DNA from: Cenococcum geophilum | Lineage: Eukaryota | Reading direction: 5' to 3' | NCBI GenBank assembly: GCA_050273025.1 | Contig: CP158636.1 | Location: 6,944,001 to 7,008,000 of the forward strand | DNA: 64,000 nucleotides | Part shown: one piece after another, positions 26,900 to 39,999 of the stretch | How positions within the stretch are numbered: the stretch's first letter is position 1 | Layout: every line of letters starts with the position of its first letter | Made by a program: the position numbers and the translations under genes | Notes under the pieces: generated by a model | What the model was told of the DNA's origin: nothing | What the model saw: only the letters and a program-made list of their open reading frames with translations | The model's database searches: none

Positions 26900-27400
26900 T
26901 AGAGTTCTAACTAATATCTAACTTAAGCTGCCGCCCGGAAGTCTCACATTTATTATTAGGGTAATGCTAAAGAGTTAGGCTAGATAACGGGTATCGGCAA
27001 CAATATAGATAATTTAAAGCCCGCGAAGTAACTAAATAGAAAGCCTGTGTCTTGTAGGCTAACTACTTATCTTTAACGGCTTTTAAAAGTTTATTTCTAG
27101 AATTCCTTTTAATACCTTTAGTTTCCTATTAAACAGATATGTCAGTATAAGCCTATATACTACTAGGGTGCGGAGAGCTAAAATATAGTTGGAGCTCTTT
27201 AAATAATTTAGCAGAAAAGAACGGGTTATTTAGGTTAGTCTATAGATTAGCTAGCTTAACCTTAATATCCCACCCTAGCTTATAAAGATTAGGGCTATCT
27301 CCACCTAATATACCACCGTTAATTTGTATATTAGCATCTCCCTTATTTACAGCAGCTAAAGAAGCTTTAGGTATCTAGTCTCTAGAAGGCATTATAATGC
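26900..27400 (-). pseudogene. RIP-degraded ORF of unknown function, or an upstream exon of the transposase gene
   Basis: Long acidic frame once RIP stops are reverted; no motif recognised. Confidence 0.35.
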
Positions 27401-27949
27401 GGCTTTTAAGAGAGCCTGCTCCGCGCTAGGGCACCAGACGCTATATTATAGGTAGAGCTTATAGTAGTTATATAAGGCGGGATATATTTCTAAGCAGTAT
27501 ATATTTAGAGAAATTGAGGCCGAGGTAAGCTTAACGTAGCCGTATTTTTAAAGAGAAATTAAGGCTAAGTTAAGCTTAACGTAGTTATATTTTTAAAGAT
27601 AAAGAGGCTATAGTGTCGGTTTAGGCGGCTATAGAAGTTTAAAAGATTAAGCGGACAATAGCAGGAAATAGAAGAAAAAGGCGCATAAATAAGAGTATGG
27701 TGTTATAGGGCTAGAGTAATAATAGCTGTGTTATAGATAGCTTAATATGCAATTTAGACTACAGAACCTATATATAAATAAGTCTAGCGAATATCTTTAA
27801 TATAAGGTGTAGTAGCTATAAGTGGGATCTAGGATACTAGTTTTGGGTTGCCTATATAGTAGACGTAACAGCTTACCTAAAAAAAAGTTACTTTATTAGT
27901 GACATAGCTCAAAAATGGGTTATACTTTAGGTAAAAAGGTATCCTAAAG

Positions 27950-28272
27950 CCTTATCTTACGCTTATGGGATAAAATACCATATTATATTTTACTTTGTTT
28001 TATACAATCTTAGACTTTTCATAATATCTTAGATTATCCCCCTACCTCTCTTTACTATACACTTTACCTTATCTTATACTTATGGGATAAAATACTATAT
28101 TATATTTTACTTTTTTTTATACAATCTTAGACCTTTTATAATGTCTTAAATTATTCCCCTACTTCTCTCTACTATATATTTTGCCTTACCTTACACTTAC
28201 GGAATAAAATGCCATATTATATTTCACTTTTTCGTATAATTTTGGACATTTTTTAATATCTTAGATTGTCCT
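27950..28272 (+). repeat. ~117-bp tandem repeat x~2.7 between the divergent Plavaka and SNF2 genes
   Basis: CCTTA(T/C)CTTA..CTTA(T/C)GG.ATAAAAT..CATATTATATTT recurs three times. Confidence 0.85.
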
Positions 28273-28399
28273 AAACTTGTTTCCTTACCTCTCTAAAGCT
28301 ACTTTACTAACTAGTTATAATACAAAAAATAGAATTATTAGCTCTCTTATTGTTATTTATTTAGTTAGTAGCGCAAATCTTATATCTTATCTTGCTACG

Positions 28400-31300
28400 C
28401 ACCTTTCGTTCCATTTCTTACTCTAAGTCTTATATTTCGTTCTACTGCCTATATTAAAGCTTACATCTTATCCTACTTCTTACATTAAGACTTACATTCC
28501 GTTTTATTTCTCATATTGCTCTTAAATCGCTCTTATTAGCATCCGCTATTATTTTAAGTTAATACTATTAGTATACCTTCTTATTATAACTATTAGGATT
28601 ATCTTATTATATTATTACTAATTATCTAATATATTATCCACTCTACTATCTTTATAAGTTACTCTATACTATTCTGCATTAAGCTTTTACCCGCTTATAA
28701 ATATATAGGGTCCCTAATTATAATAGCGGCGCCATATCTAGAATCTAGTTAGTACTTAACCACTATAACTAATAAGAACTTATTATAAATAAGTGGTCCA
28801 AAGCTGCAGTAAGGACTTATAATTAACGAAAAAATATATAGCAAAATCCTCTAATACTATACTAGCAAAATTAATAAAGCGTTTAGTAGTAAGTTACTAA
28901 CGTCCGGACCTATACAAAATAGAGTTAAGTATACAGTCTTTAACCTTCTTAACACTAAGTATAGGTACGTGTTTAAGAGATCCGATCTACTATTAGAGTT
29001 TAAAGCTTTTACTATTGCCGCTAAAAAATCTATATAGTAATATATAACGACCAACAGATATAGAGGCGTAGAGGTTATAATAACTAATACTGTTTAAAAG
29101 CATAGCGCCTTATCTTCTAGAGAGCAGTTTATTAACTTATTTAGATTAAGGGCAACCTCCGAAGCTACCCAGGTACTTGGTAATCTGTCTATTAAAGCCC
29201 TATAACAGCTAAATACCACATTTACACCATTCTATAAAATGAGCTTTACTATATATAGTTACCTAAATAAAACGCTATTTACTAGGGCCCCCATTCCATA
29301 CGGATTCGCATTAAAAACTAAGTATAAGCATCTATTGTCCGATTCTCTAGAGAAAATTAATATATATTACTATGGATATAATAAGCTACAAGCCGCAATA
29401 AGTAAAAACTTCTTGGCGGATAAATATAGGGATAGCTAGACTATAGTAGATCTAACTACTAGTATACTAATTCTTAACTATATAAACCTAGTATTTACGG
29501 TGCTTTCTATAAAGAAGGCCGGACTTAATATAATTATAATTAAAGTTAAAGATCCTAATTGGATTATAAAGCATAAGAGACTTTATAATTTATAAGATTA
29601 TATAATATTATATAGAGTTATCTAACGTATGTTTATAGGTATAAGATTTAATAAGGGTAATTCCAAGTCTAACTCTAACCCTAATATTATATAACTAGTG
29701 CTAACTAGGAGAAGAACAGACACACCTGCCCTAGGTTAAAGTAGTTATAAATAGTTAACCCTAAAGTCCACGCTACCTATACCTAAGCAGTTAAATCTAA
29801 AGCCTACGTTAACCCTAAAGTCCACGCCACCTATACCTACTAATATATTATTAGCCGTACGGCTAGCTATAATTAAAACTACTTATAGCTGGACCCGTAG
29901 TAGTAAAGACTAGCCCCTACTAGATAAATTAGAGCTCTTAAAAGGCGTAAATCTAGATAAAATATAAACATTTAAGATAATACTATAGGATAAAATAAAA
30001 GGATAGTATAATAAATAGCTAAAGTCTAATTGCGAAATATTTATTAATACATTATTTAAGGATATAAATAATAACCCTAACCTAATTTATATTAGGGAAA
30101 TTAATCTTAACCATATATAAGAGCGCCGCCACTTTAACGCCTTAATTAACCCTATTTCGACTAATAAGGAACTAGAAGACGAGCATAAGGATAAAATTAA
30201 GGAGGTTAATTAGGAAGTTAATTACCTAAAGGACATGCAAGAAGCATATATTAACCCAATATTATAGGTAAAGGCGCTATAGTTCCTCTCGTTTCCATTA
30301 ACTATTTATAACACTCTTTAAGACACAACCTTCTACTTATACGGCATAAAAAAGGGTAAAGCTATATAGATATATTAGCTGCTTAGTATTACCTATACTC
30401 TTCTTAATTATATAACCCTAGGTAGGACCTTTCTCGCGGATACAATAGGTTTAGGTAAGATACTTTAAATGCTTTTAATCTGGTATACCAGCGTGTTAAT
30501 AACTAAGATTAACCTTAACTGGCTTAATTAGAAAAATTAAAAAGGTAGAGATAAAAGTCTTTACCTTACCCCTAGTACGGATAAATACCTATAGCCGCTT
30601 AACGCCTAATACCCAAGTTAAATAGATAGTATACTATAGTGCTGTTATATTAAGGGAAGTATTGCCAGAAAATTTCTTAACCGGCTAGTAGGACCAACTA
30701 TATATATTACTAAACAGAATCTACTACCCTAAGCGGTTAAAGACGTTAAATTATGGTTTAAGACCTTAGAACTAAATAATTTTATTCCTAAAGGCAAACT
30801 ATAAGTCTATATACGCTATATAGCTTTTATTAGGTCCAGTATAAAGAAGTATAATTTTACGGATAAAGATAGGGATATTCTTAAACCTATAAAATATAAA
30901 GGAGAAGGTAAAGTAGTCTAGTGGAAAATAGACCTAAGATTAGCTTTATATCTTATAATTATAACCTTATAAACTTAGGCAATAACCTAAACCGCTTAGG
31001 AATAGTATAAAACCATTTTTAATCTCTATAGAGACGGTGGTCCTCATTATATTATTAGTGGGATTTTTACTAATAAGTTCTATATAGATAAGTTAGAGAC
31101 AGGTTATCTAATAAAAATCGCTAAATAAGTATATAATAATTAAGCAGTATTTCCTTACTTCTAATGCCCGGGCCAGTCTTATAAGGACAGTAATAGTAAA
31201 ATAACCTATTATACCTCTTAACCTTTAGTAGTGTTTACTTCCGGTATACTAACTAGCAAAGGTTTTATAAGTCTAATTCCCGCCTTAGAAATTTTTAGGG

Positions 31301-32520
31301 CCCCTAATTAGACGGATTCCCTAAATATAAAATTAATTAATAATTGCAATGTTAAAGCGTTAATTAAATATAAAAAGCTAGAAGTAGCTAATTACTCTTC
31401 TCTTCCAAATAAGGTTATTATAGGCTTTAAAGAATACTCCTCTTTAATTATAAAGGTCTTAATTATGCGCAGGATAGGGGAAGACTAATGGTTTAATAGG
31501 AGGGTAATTAATAAGCTACCACTAGTCGTCTACTAAGACTGCTATATAATAAACGATTTAATATTTAAACCATATATTAAGAAGCTCTAGCGTAGAGCAT
31601 CCCTAAAAGCTTTTAAATAGCTAAATAAAGCTTTTAGATACTAGAAAGCTAAAGAAAGAAAAAAAAAAGAACCCGTCTTTAATATAGATTAATTTCTAGA
31701 GGGAGCTGGTCGCTTATTAAAAATTTTTACTATCTTTCTAGGCCTGGCTAAGGTAGGAGATAAGTGGTAGAATATATAGTAGAAGGATAAAACAAAAGTT
31801 AGAATAAAGCTAAGGTGGACAGTTAATAAGTTCTATAGCGAAAAATGGGATAAACCTTTAGACGAGAATCCACTTTAGAAGAATTAGAGTATAATTACTA
31901 ACTCCGGGAAACTAAATAGAATTATAAAATACGTTAATAAAGTACTTAAAAGGAATCCTAATAAGAGACTACTATTTAGCAGTTACAAACTAGCGGCATA
32001 TACACTATTACGCCTTATAAGTTAGCTATTAGACTAGTGGTAAACTATTACTAATAATATAATATAGTATTTCTATAAAAGGCTCGGCCAGTCTAAATAT
32101 TTAACTATTTGCTAGATAGAGTTTAGGACATCCCTAAAAGACTAGGAGGATATCTATAAAGCGTTTTATATTCTAATAGGCGGTCCTTACTAGAATAACG
32201 TGGTTTAGTTTCTTATTATCAACTAAAGAGTTAGAGGAGAGGGTCTAAATTTAGTCTCTACGCATAAAGTCCATCTACTTAAACCGGCGATAACGGTAGA
32301 TATAGAGGTGTAAGTGTTCGGCTAAGCTGCTAGATCTAAACAGCTAGCGCCGGTAGTTACTATGTTAATAATATATAGTACGGATAAGTGAAACCTAATT
32401 AATATAGTTATGTTAGCGAGATGTATAATAACTAAAAGAATAATAATTAATAAGTTCTATAAAGTGTTTAAAGCCTAACCTACTTAGTAGGCTAATAATA
32501 ATATAATAGAAATAGCGTAG
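28400..32520 (+). pseudogene. SNF2-family (SF2) ATPase/helicase with long N-terminal extension; start approximate
   Basis: De-RIP motifs in order: I FLADTMGLGKT (~30430-30462), II DEFH (31072-31083), III SGTP (~31240), V GEGLNL (~32236), VI QVFGRAARSGQ (32311-32343); probable intron near 32018-32068. Confidence 0.85.
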
Positions 32521-32639
32521 CTAGTGTAGTTAGAGTAGTAACCCCCTATAATAAGAGTATATCTTAGTATAATATATATATATATAGACAATATACAACT
32601 GTTTAATATTTTATAATACATTATTTTAGTATTAACCAC

Positions 32640-33610
32640 CTTATAACTAACTAAACCTTAAAAAGTTTAAATTTTATCTAAATTAATATTACTCCGGCCA
32701 CTAACTACCTCAACACTTATTAAGTAATCCAGCCTATAACCCTACTAACTCTCGTTCCTAATATATATTAACAATTCCTATTAAGGTATATCCTCTTTAC
32801 TAACAGACTATATATATATACTATCTTTATTATTCTAAAAGCCTAATTAGTATATAAGAGGATTATCCCGTAACTAAAGCTCCCTCTATATTTCGAATTA
32901 TTATAAGAAGTAAGACGGCATTAGAATAGACAAACTGACGTTTATAACTACCGCTTTTATCTACTAATTATACAGTTGCAGCGTATATACATAGTTGTCT
33001 GCTATAAGGGGGAACTATTAGTAGTGGTTTTTAAGATCTTACTATCCCGTATAAAACTTTCACTACTGCCTATAACGTCTTAACGACCACCAGCTCCTAC
33101 CTATACGCTATATAACGTCTATACAAAATCCCTAACGGCGAAGAAAAGCGTACCCTAATTATTCTATTTAATCTGCCTCCTACCTTTTTCTATTAGTATA
33201 AGATATCGAATTAACCTATAATATAATACTGACTGGAATAATTAGCAAACCTAGCTTCGCTAGACAAATGTGCTTAATTATAAGGACTAAAACCCTATTA
33301 CTATTAAGCTTGTTATACTGCAAAATAAAAGGGCTATTATTAATATTAGTATATTTTAAAGGCACTTTATTAGCCGGCACTAATAGACACAAGTTAATGG
33401 ACTACCTACTACTTTATATTTAACGGTTTTAAGAATAATAGGGCAAAATATACTATTATTTATTATGCTCTTACCAACTATAATATTTAATTCATTATAG
33501 GCCAGAAATTTAACCTTAAAGATAAGCGAAAGGTAGACTTTTAGGATATATTAGATATATTACAGACGAAACCTTTATATAACCTACCCGCATTAAAACA
33601 CCTTAATAGC
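32640..33610 (+). pseudogene. RIP-degraded cargo ORF, unknown function
   Basis: Coding-like frame after reverting stops; GT...CTAACAG intron-like segment at ~32787-32806; no recognised domain. Confidence 0.35.
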
Positions 33611-33679
33611 AGTACTATACTATTAGATTTTGCTATTAGGCATTAGTAACTAAGCAACCTTAAATCTTCCCCTCGTTAC

Positions 33680-33918
33680 CTAGCCCTAAGCCTTATTACG
33701 TCGCTAAGACTTATTACATTATTAAGTTTCATTATATTGCCGCTAAGCCTTATTACGTTGCCGAGCCTTATTATATTATTAAGTCTTATTACGTTACTAA
33801 GCCTTATTACGTCGCCGAGCCTTATTGCATTGTTAAGTCTTATTATATTATTAAGTCTTATTATATTACCGTTAAGCCTTATTATATTATTAAGCCCTAT
33901 TATATTGCCGCCGAGCCT
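33680..33918 (+). repeat. 18-bp minisatellite (GCCGAGCCTTATTACGTT-like), ~13 units
   Basis: Directly visible; gives rise to the repetitive ORFs 33676-33936 and 33737-33940. Confidence 0.9.
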
Positions 33919-34994
33919 CCTAGCCAGATTAAGCAATTAGATGTCGCGTATTTAACTCCCAAGCGTAGCGGGTTCAATTCCCACTCGTCGCGCATTAAAA
34001 ATATCAAAAATATTAAAAAAGAAGGTCGTTTTCTATTAAATTAGGCATTAGTAAGGCTCTAAATTAAGCTCGTATTTTCATATATATCCCGCAACACCTA
34101 AAGTTATACATTTAACGAAATCTTAGCACTATATACTAAGCATATCGGCTCTTCCACGTTAAGTTTTAATTACGTTGGGCTAGCTCCAAATTATAGCAAG
34201 AGGCAGAACGTACTATACTACTACACCACAAGGACTTTGGAATATAATCTTATAAATTTAACTAAATTATAACCCCTTCCTAAACCTCACGATCAAACCA
34301 AATCCTTAGGGAGAGATCCCTATATTAAATCTTAGGGAACGTTCGGTTACGACTTTAAATTAAATCTAAAGGCCGCAGAATATATCCGAGCTGAAGCTCA
34401 AATCTAATTCTAACGCGATTGTTTGGTTAATCTAGTGACTTTCTAATCTAAAAGCTCCTCTAGATCGGCAAGCGCGTCAAATTCGTAAGCTATACTATAT
34501 ATAGAATCTAAATTTATAAATATAGGGTATCTCTATCACTATAGTGGCTACTATAGTAACGGGGGCGCTATATTTCAGTAAGTAGTTAATCTACTATATC
34601 TCTACCACTGTAGTAGTAAGGCACCTTAAGTTTAACACCACGCTAAGCATTATAACTTTCCTACAGTAACTAAGCAACCCTAAACTAAAGCAATTATAAA
34701 ACTTACCATACCACTACGCCGCAAAGGCCCTTAGTTATAGTCTTATAAATTTAATTAAAATATAAACACCTTCCTAAATCTAACAATTAAATATTTCCAC
34801 GTACAACACTATACTAAGGATCACGATATAAATTACTTAGACATAGCTTTACTATAATATAACGGCTCTACGCCAATCGATTAATCTATAAGAGATTTAG
34901 GTAGTAAAATTACTGCCAAGAGTTACTGCCCGGATTCTAGCCGACAAATACCCATAACCATAATCTTAGTAAATGGTAAAAAGTATATAGCAGT

Positions 34995-35356
34995 ATTAAG
35001 ACAATAGCAGGATAATATAAGACAATAACAGGACAATATAATATAATGGCAGGATAATAACAGGACAATATAACATAATGGCAGGACAATAACAGGACAA
35101 TATAATATAATGGCAGGACAATAGCAGGACAATATTAGAACAATATAATACAATAGTAGGGCGATAATAGGACAATATAACACAATAGTAGGATAATATA
35201 ACATAAATATAACACAATGGTAAGATAATATAATATAATGGCAGGACAATATAACATAATAGTAGGATAATATAATATAATGGCAGGACAATATAGGACA
35301 ATATGGGACAATATAATATAATAGCAGGACAATAGTAGGACAATATAAGACAATAT
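34995..35356 (+). repeat. CAGGACAATA(TAACATAATGG) minisatellite
   Basis: Mixed 10- and 21-bp units; the source of three spurious C/Y/I/L-rich ORFs. Confidence 0.9.
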
Positions 35357-35419
35357 AAAAAAATAAAATATAAAATATAAAAAGAGGGAGCCCTAATACT
35401 TCCTCTTCTTTTTACTCCT

Positions 35420-36710
35420 ACGGCCCTGGCGCCTAATATAGTATAATATCATCTATCCGTATAAGCAATAGTATTAAGACGGTTAAAAGTACTAGGAAAT
35501 TTTATAAAGTATATATTACTTTAAGTAATATACCCAAATAACTAATTTAGCGCATAGTTTATATAACATATAACAATAACGGGGGGATCTCCCATTGTTA
35601 TATTACTAAGCAACGCCTTTAAAGCCACATTTTTCTAGTGCTTAAAGGTCTTTAGATTATTACAAGACGCTTTATAAGAACTCGTTTCAGTATAGTAGCT
35701 TGAGATTTATTAAGCCCTATAGTAGTTATATCTGACCAGTCTTTAAGAATATAAACATTCTTAAATAAGGAAGCATCCTTAATAGCTATAATTAAACTAA
35801 GATCCGTATAAGGCTTATTCATAACATATTATAGTGCTTTAATATTCTATTAAACTTAAATAAGGTGTTCTAATAACGGGAATCTATTAGTGGTTAGATA
35901 TCTTCTTATTTAGAAAATATTACACACTTACGGCTCTCTTATTAGCTTTTATAACGCTAATATAGTATAGTAACTAACTTTATAAAATCTAGTTTGTTTT
36001 TTAACTATCGTCCATAATATAGATAAGTTAATCTTAATATCTTTAGGTCTTAAAGAATAAGTTAACCTCTAAGGGATTCTGTTCTAATGCGGCTAATAGT
36101 TTTACCGCCACTATTACAAGTATACATTTTATTTAAAAATCATTAGTCTTGGGAGTTAAAGTAACTAGAGACCTAGCGACTAGTCTTTTTAACTAATCCT
36201 AACGGATTATCTTCCCTACTCTCCTAAGTAAGAATACTACGTAGATTACTAGCCTTTAAGGTAAAAATATTACTAAGCTAGTATAGACCTTGTAGATATT
36301 AGGGGATAACTACTTTAGAATTATAGTATGCTTACCTATTTATATATACCGACTCTATTACTATATTTAGATTCTAGCAAACTAAAAAGGGTCTGCTCTA
36401 ATTTAACCTACTACCTCTTTTAACGGTTTAATTGTGTCTTCTCTTAAAAGATTATATTAAGAGCTTAGATACTCCTCTATTAAGCTATATAGACCTAAGA
36501 TCTTATTAACTTATAGTAGAATATCTCCGTTTTTGCTAATAATATTCTAGCCCTTATTAGGGATATTAAGTATTTTAGTAAAGGTTAGGACCTCTAATTA
36601 TGCTAACTAGGCGTCTTAAAGTATTAGCAAATATAGTTACTAGTACATATTAAGCTACCTAGAAAGGATTTATATATATAAAACTATAGCACTATAGCCT
36701 AGAGGCTATA
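35420..36710 (-). pseudogene. RIP-degraded cargo ORF, unknown function
   Basis: Coding-like composition on the minus strand; no motif recognised; boundaries uncertain. Confidence 0.3.
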
Positions 36711-37019
36711 TGCGCATTATTATATATAGTATAATATAATAAATATATAAAAAATATATAAAAAAAAAGTATTAATGAATTTGGGTGCTAAATTGAGCTT
36801 ATAGATAGAGACGTAAAAGAAATAGGAGGTTATAAGTCTGGGTAGTATAGCGGGTGAAGAAGCGTTTACTAATACGCTTATTTATTTCTTATAAGACATT
36901 TAACCGATTGTTTTATATAATAACTAAACAATATACCTGTCTATATAATTCTGTATATCGGTCTTAGCGCGTAATTAAGACATCTTTCCTGCCGCACCTC
37001 CCCTAACGCTTTTAGAATT

Positions 37020-39900
37020 ATAGCACTAATAACAGACCTAAGCTATAACACTAAAGACACTCTTAAGCGAGATTTAGGGCTTATAAATAAATAATATAAT
37101 ATAATCTACTATAATGTTAAAATTAAAATGTTAACGCGCGGGCTCCTTAGATAGCCACTACGCTCCCTTATAAGTAAGGCATAAATACGGCAAATATTAA
37201 ACAAAATCTCTAATAAATTCCTATCCGTATTTCTAGGTTTACCCAAAAACCTATATACTAAATATATTAAACAGCTTACCTAATGCTATAGCTATAACGC
37301 AACGCGTTAAATAAATAAAACGGCTCCTATTAGGTAAATTATAACAGGCAACCTAGTACTTCCATACTCCGCCATCGCGCATTATCTACTAGCTGGCATA
37401 CTAAAGGTAATAAGGTAGGAGGGAACACTAAGGTTATATAGAATAATAATAATACTAATCCGGCGGGCAGCTAATAAAGAGCTAATAATTATCCTAACCT
37501 AAAAGCTAGCGACTAATAAGAATAACGCTTTAGATATATATATTAATAATCTAAGCTTTAATATATTTATAGATATACTAGGCCAGGATATTAACTTTAA
37601 CCCTAAGAGCAAAACGCTTTACTACTATATTAGTAATAAGATAGCTAGAGGACGAATTTAGCTTATAAATAAAGAGAAATGGCGCAGTACGGTTAAGGAT
37701 ATATTTCTATAAGAAATAGATAGGTTTTTATTTATAATAGAATAAAGAAGAATAAGTAGGTTACTACTTAAAGTTAAGCTAGTGTTACTAACTTGTATTT
37801 ACAGTCTGCGCTACCAGCTAAGAATAATGCAATTACTTACCCTCTATTTCCACACCCTTACCTTTACTAGATAACTTATACTCTATATATATAAGAATAG
37901 GTAAAACTAGTAAACGGGTTAATACCAAGGCAATACTTAACCCATAGCTGTCCTAAAAAACCTCTCCTAGTTAAAAAAGAGCCCTTACTCTACGCCTTAA
38001 CTCACAACAGAAAAGGCGAAGGTAACTATAACTACAGCATAGATTATGCGCCTTAAAGCCACTACTTTATCCGGAATGCTTACTAGTTTAATAAATCACT
38101 ATATATAAAGGTAGACGGCTTAATAAAGCCCCTTAGTATACTATTAGGCGAGGAAATCTTAGAACAATATAACCTAAGATATTCTTATAACTTATCCAGC
38201 ATTCTTAAAACGCCTAAGGGGATTAAACAATAAAGCCTAAGGTTTATACCCATTCTTTTTAGTAAACTTATTAGGGTAATATATATTAACACCATCCCTG
38301 GCTTACTCTTAGTATCTAATACCTAATCCTTATATTTATGCTTACGCTTTCCTTACCATTTTACTAAATTTAATTACTATTACAATATATATATAGGGGA
38401 TAGGTTAGGCTTACTATAGGCTAGTGGGGTTAATAACGCGGAAGAATAACGTTAGATATTTATGGTAGAAATACTAGGTGTTGTATAAGGGTATAGAATA
38501 TGGCGATATAACTATATAGAAGTGTAATTGCTGTCCTATATACCGCCTATACCTACCCTAGTATTATCTACACTAGCGAGCTGCACGGATAAGGTGGATA
38601 AGCTTTACTTTAAGCGCAAGACAGGTATTAAACCTAGTATAGGTAGACCGGAATAAGGTATAAGATCTAAAAGCCAGCGCCCTAAGTGGGTAAAGTGGTT
38701 TAATAAGGTACCTCCCTATTAAATTTAGACACGAGCCTTACTAGCCTACTACTTTTGTTATTGGGATTAACGTTTAACCTTTTATATACGCATACCGTAT
38801 CTACTAAGGGATATACTAATAGAATAAAACAGTTTCGCGTATAATAGCAAATAGTATTAGATAATCTTTAACTATATAATAATGTTTTCTTAACTACTAA
38901 CTTAACGCAAGTTAATAGGTCGCGGTTGTGGCTTAACTATAACCAGTTAGAACTAGCAGCTAATTACAATAAATATACCCCTATTTAAGTTATTTGCAAA
39001 CACTATAGCAATAATACTCTTACTAATACTGCTATTAGTCTAATATATACCATACCAGTATATATTCTTTTAAGTTGTTAATCTATATACGCCCTAAATA
39101 TTATAGAAACAGCCGTAAGGTAACCTATTTTAGCTATAAGCTATACCTTCTACTAACTAGGCAAATATAGAAGTGTTACTATAGTAGGTAAACGTAAAAA
39201 CGCGTTATTAAACACTTAAACTAGTAGTAAGAACCCTACTTTAAGTTAATATAGGATAAGGAAACAAGAATAACTAGTATAATTAACCTTACGTCTCTAC
39301 CTAGCCTACTATTAGGAGTTACCCATGTCCTAGCTAACGGAAGAAAGAATACGCTAATGGAGAATAAGTACGTGGAACCCAGCTAGGACAAGTATATAGA
39401 ACCCAGCCAGAATAAGCACGTGGAACTTAGCTAGAACGAGTAATATTATAACTCTAGTCTAGTTATATCTAGGTATAAAGAGGAGCAGGTATATAATAGA
39501 CCCCATTAACGTTAAATATAATATATTAAGCTAGTTAATAATGTATAAAATATATATAGCCGCCTCTAGCTTAAAAGGGTAATATCTAATGATAAGAATA
39601 GCGACTTTAGTCTAGTTATATTTAGGTATAGAGAGAAGCAAGCATATAATAGACCCTATTAACGTCGTATATAATATATTAAGCTGGCTAATAATATATA
39701 GAATATACATGGCCGCCTCTAGCTAAAAAGGGTAATCTCTAATAATAAGGATAGTAACTGTAAGTCTATACCTGCTTTTTTTACGAAATAACAGTAACTA
39801 AATATTAATGAATCTACTAAATCTATTAATAATCTGGCAGTAAAACTAGCTTAGTTAAAGACGCAAAGTCCCAATCTTTTAATTAAGGTAGGTTATACCT
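37020..39900 (+). pseudogene. One or two RIP-degraded cargo ORFs, unknown function
   Basis: Long frames after reverting stops (e.g. SFDVFVDMLGQDI.FDPKSE...EEKWRSAV; RPEWVEWFDKVPP); no family recognised. Confidence 0.4.
39361..39758 (+). repeat. 27-bp x3 repeat followed by a 153-bp tandem duplication
   Basis: AGAATAAG.ACGTGGAACCCAGC x3, then units starting at ~39451 and ~39604; both periods are multiples of 3. Confidence 0.8.
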
Positions 39901-39999
39901 TTATGCATAACCGGAGTCTAACTATAATACTTAATAGTCTCCTCTACTATTTAGTACTTGGCGAGCCCTAGTAAATAAAACACTCTCTTTACTATCTAA

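Noticed and set aside
33676..33940. LRR-like or membrane-like repetitive ORFs on both strands
   Set aside because: Products of an 18-bp tandem repeat; no other support.
33913..33995. tRNA gene
   Set aside because: Only a T-arm-like motif; no acceptor or anticodon stem can be formed.
34340..34356. GTTACGACTT resembling the SSU rRNA 3' region
   Set aside because: A 10-nt match with no flanking rRNA similarity.
34923..35353. Three overlapping Cys/Tyr-rich ORFs (122, 115 and 72 aa)
   Set aside because: They are translations of a minisatellite that is open in all three frames; not credible genes.
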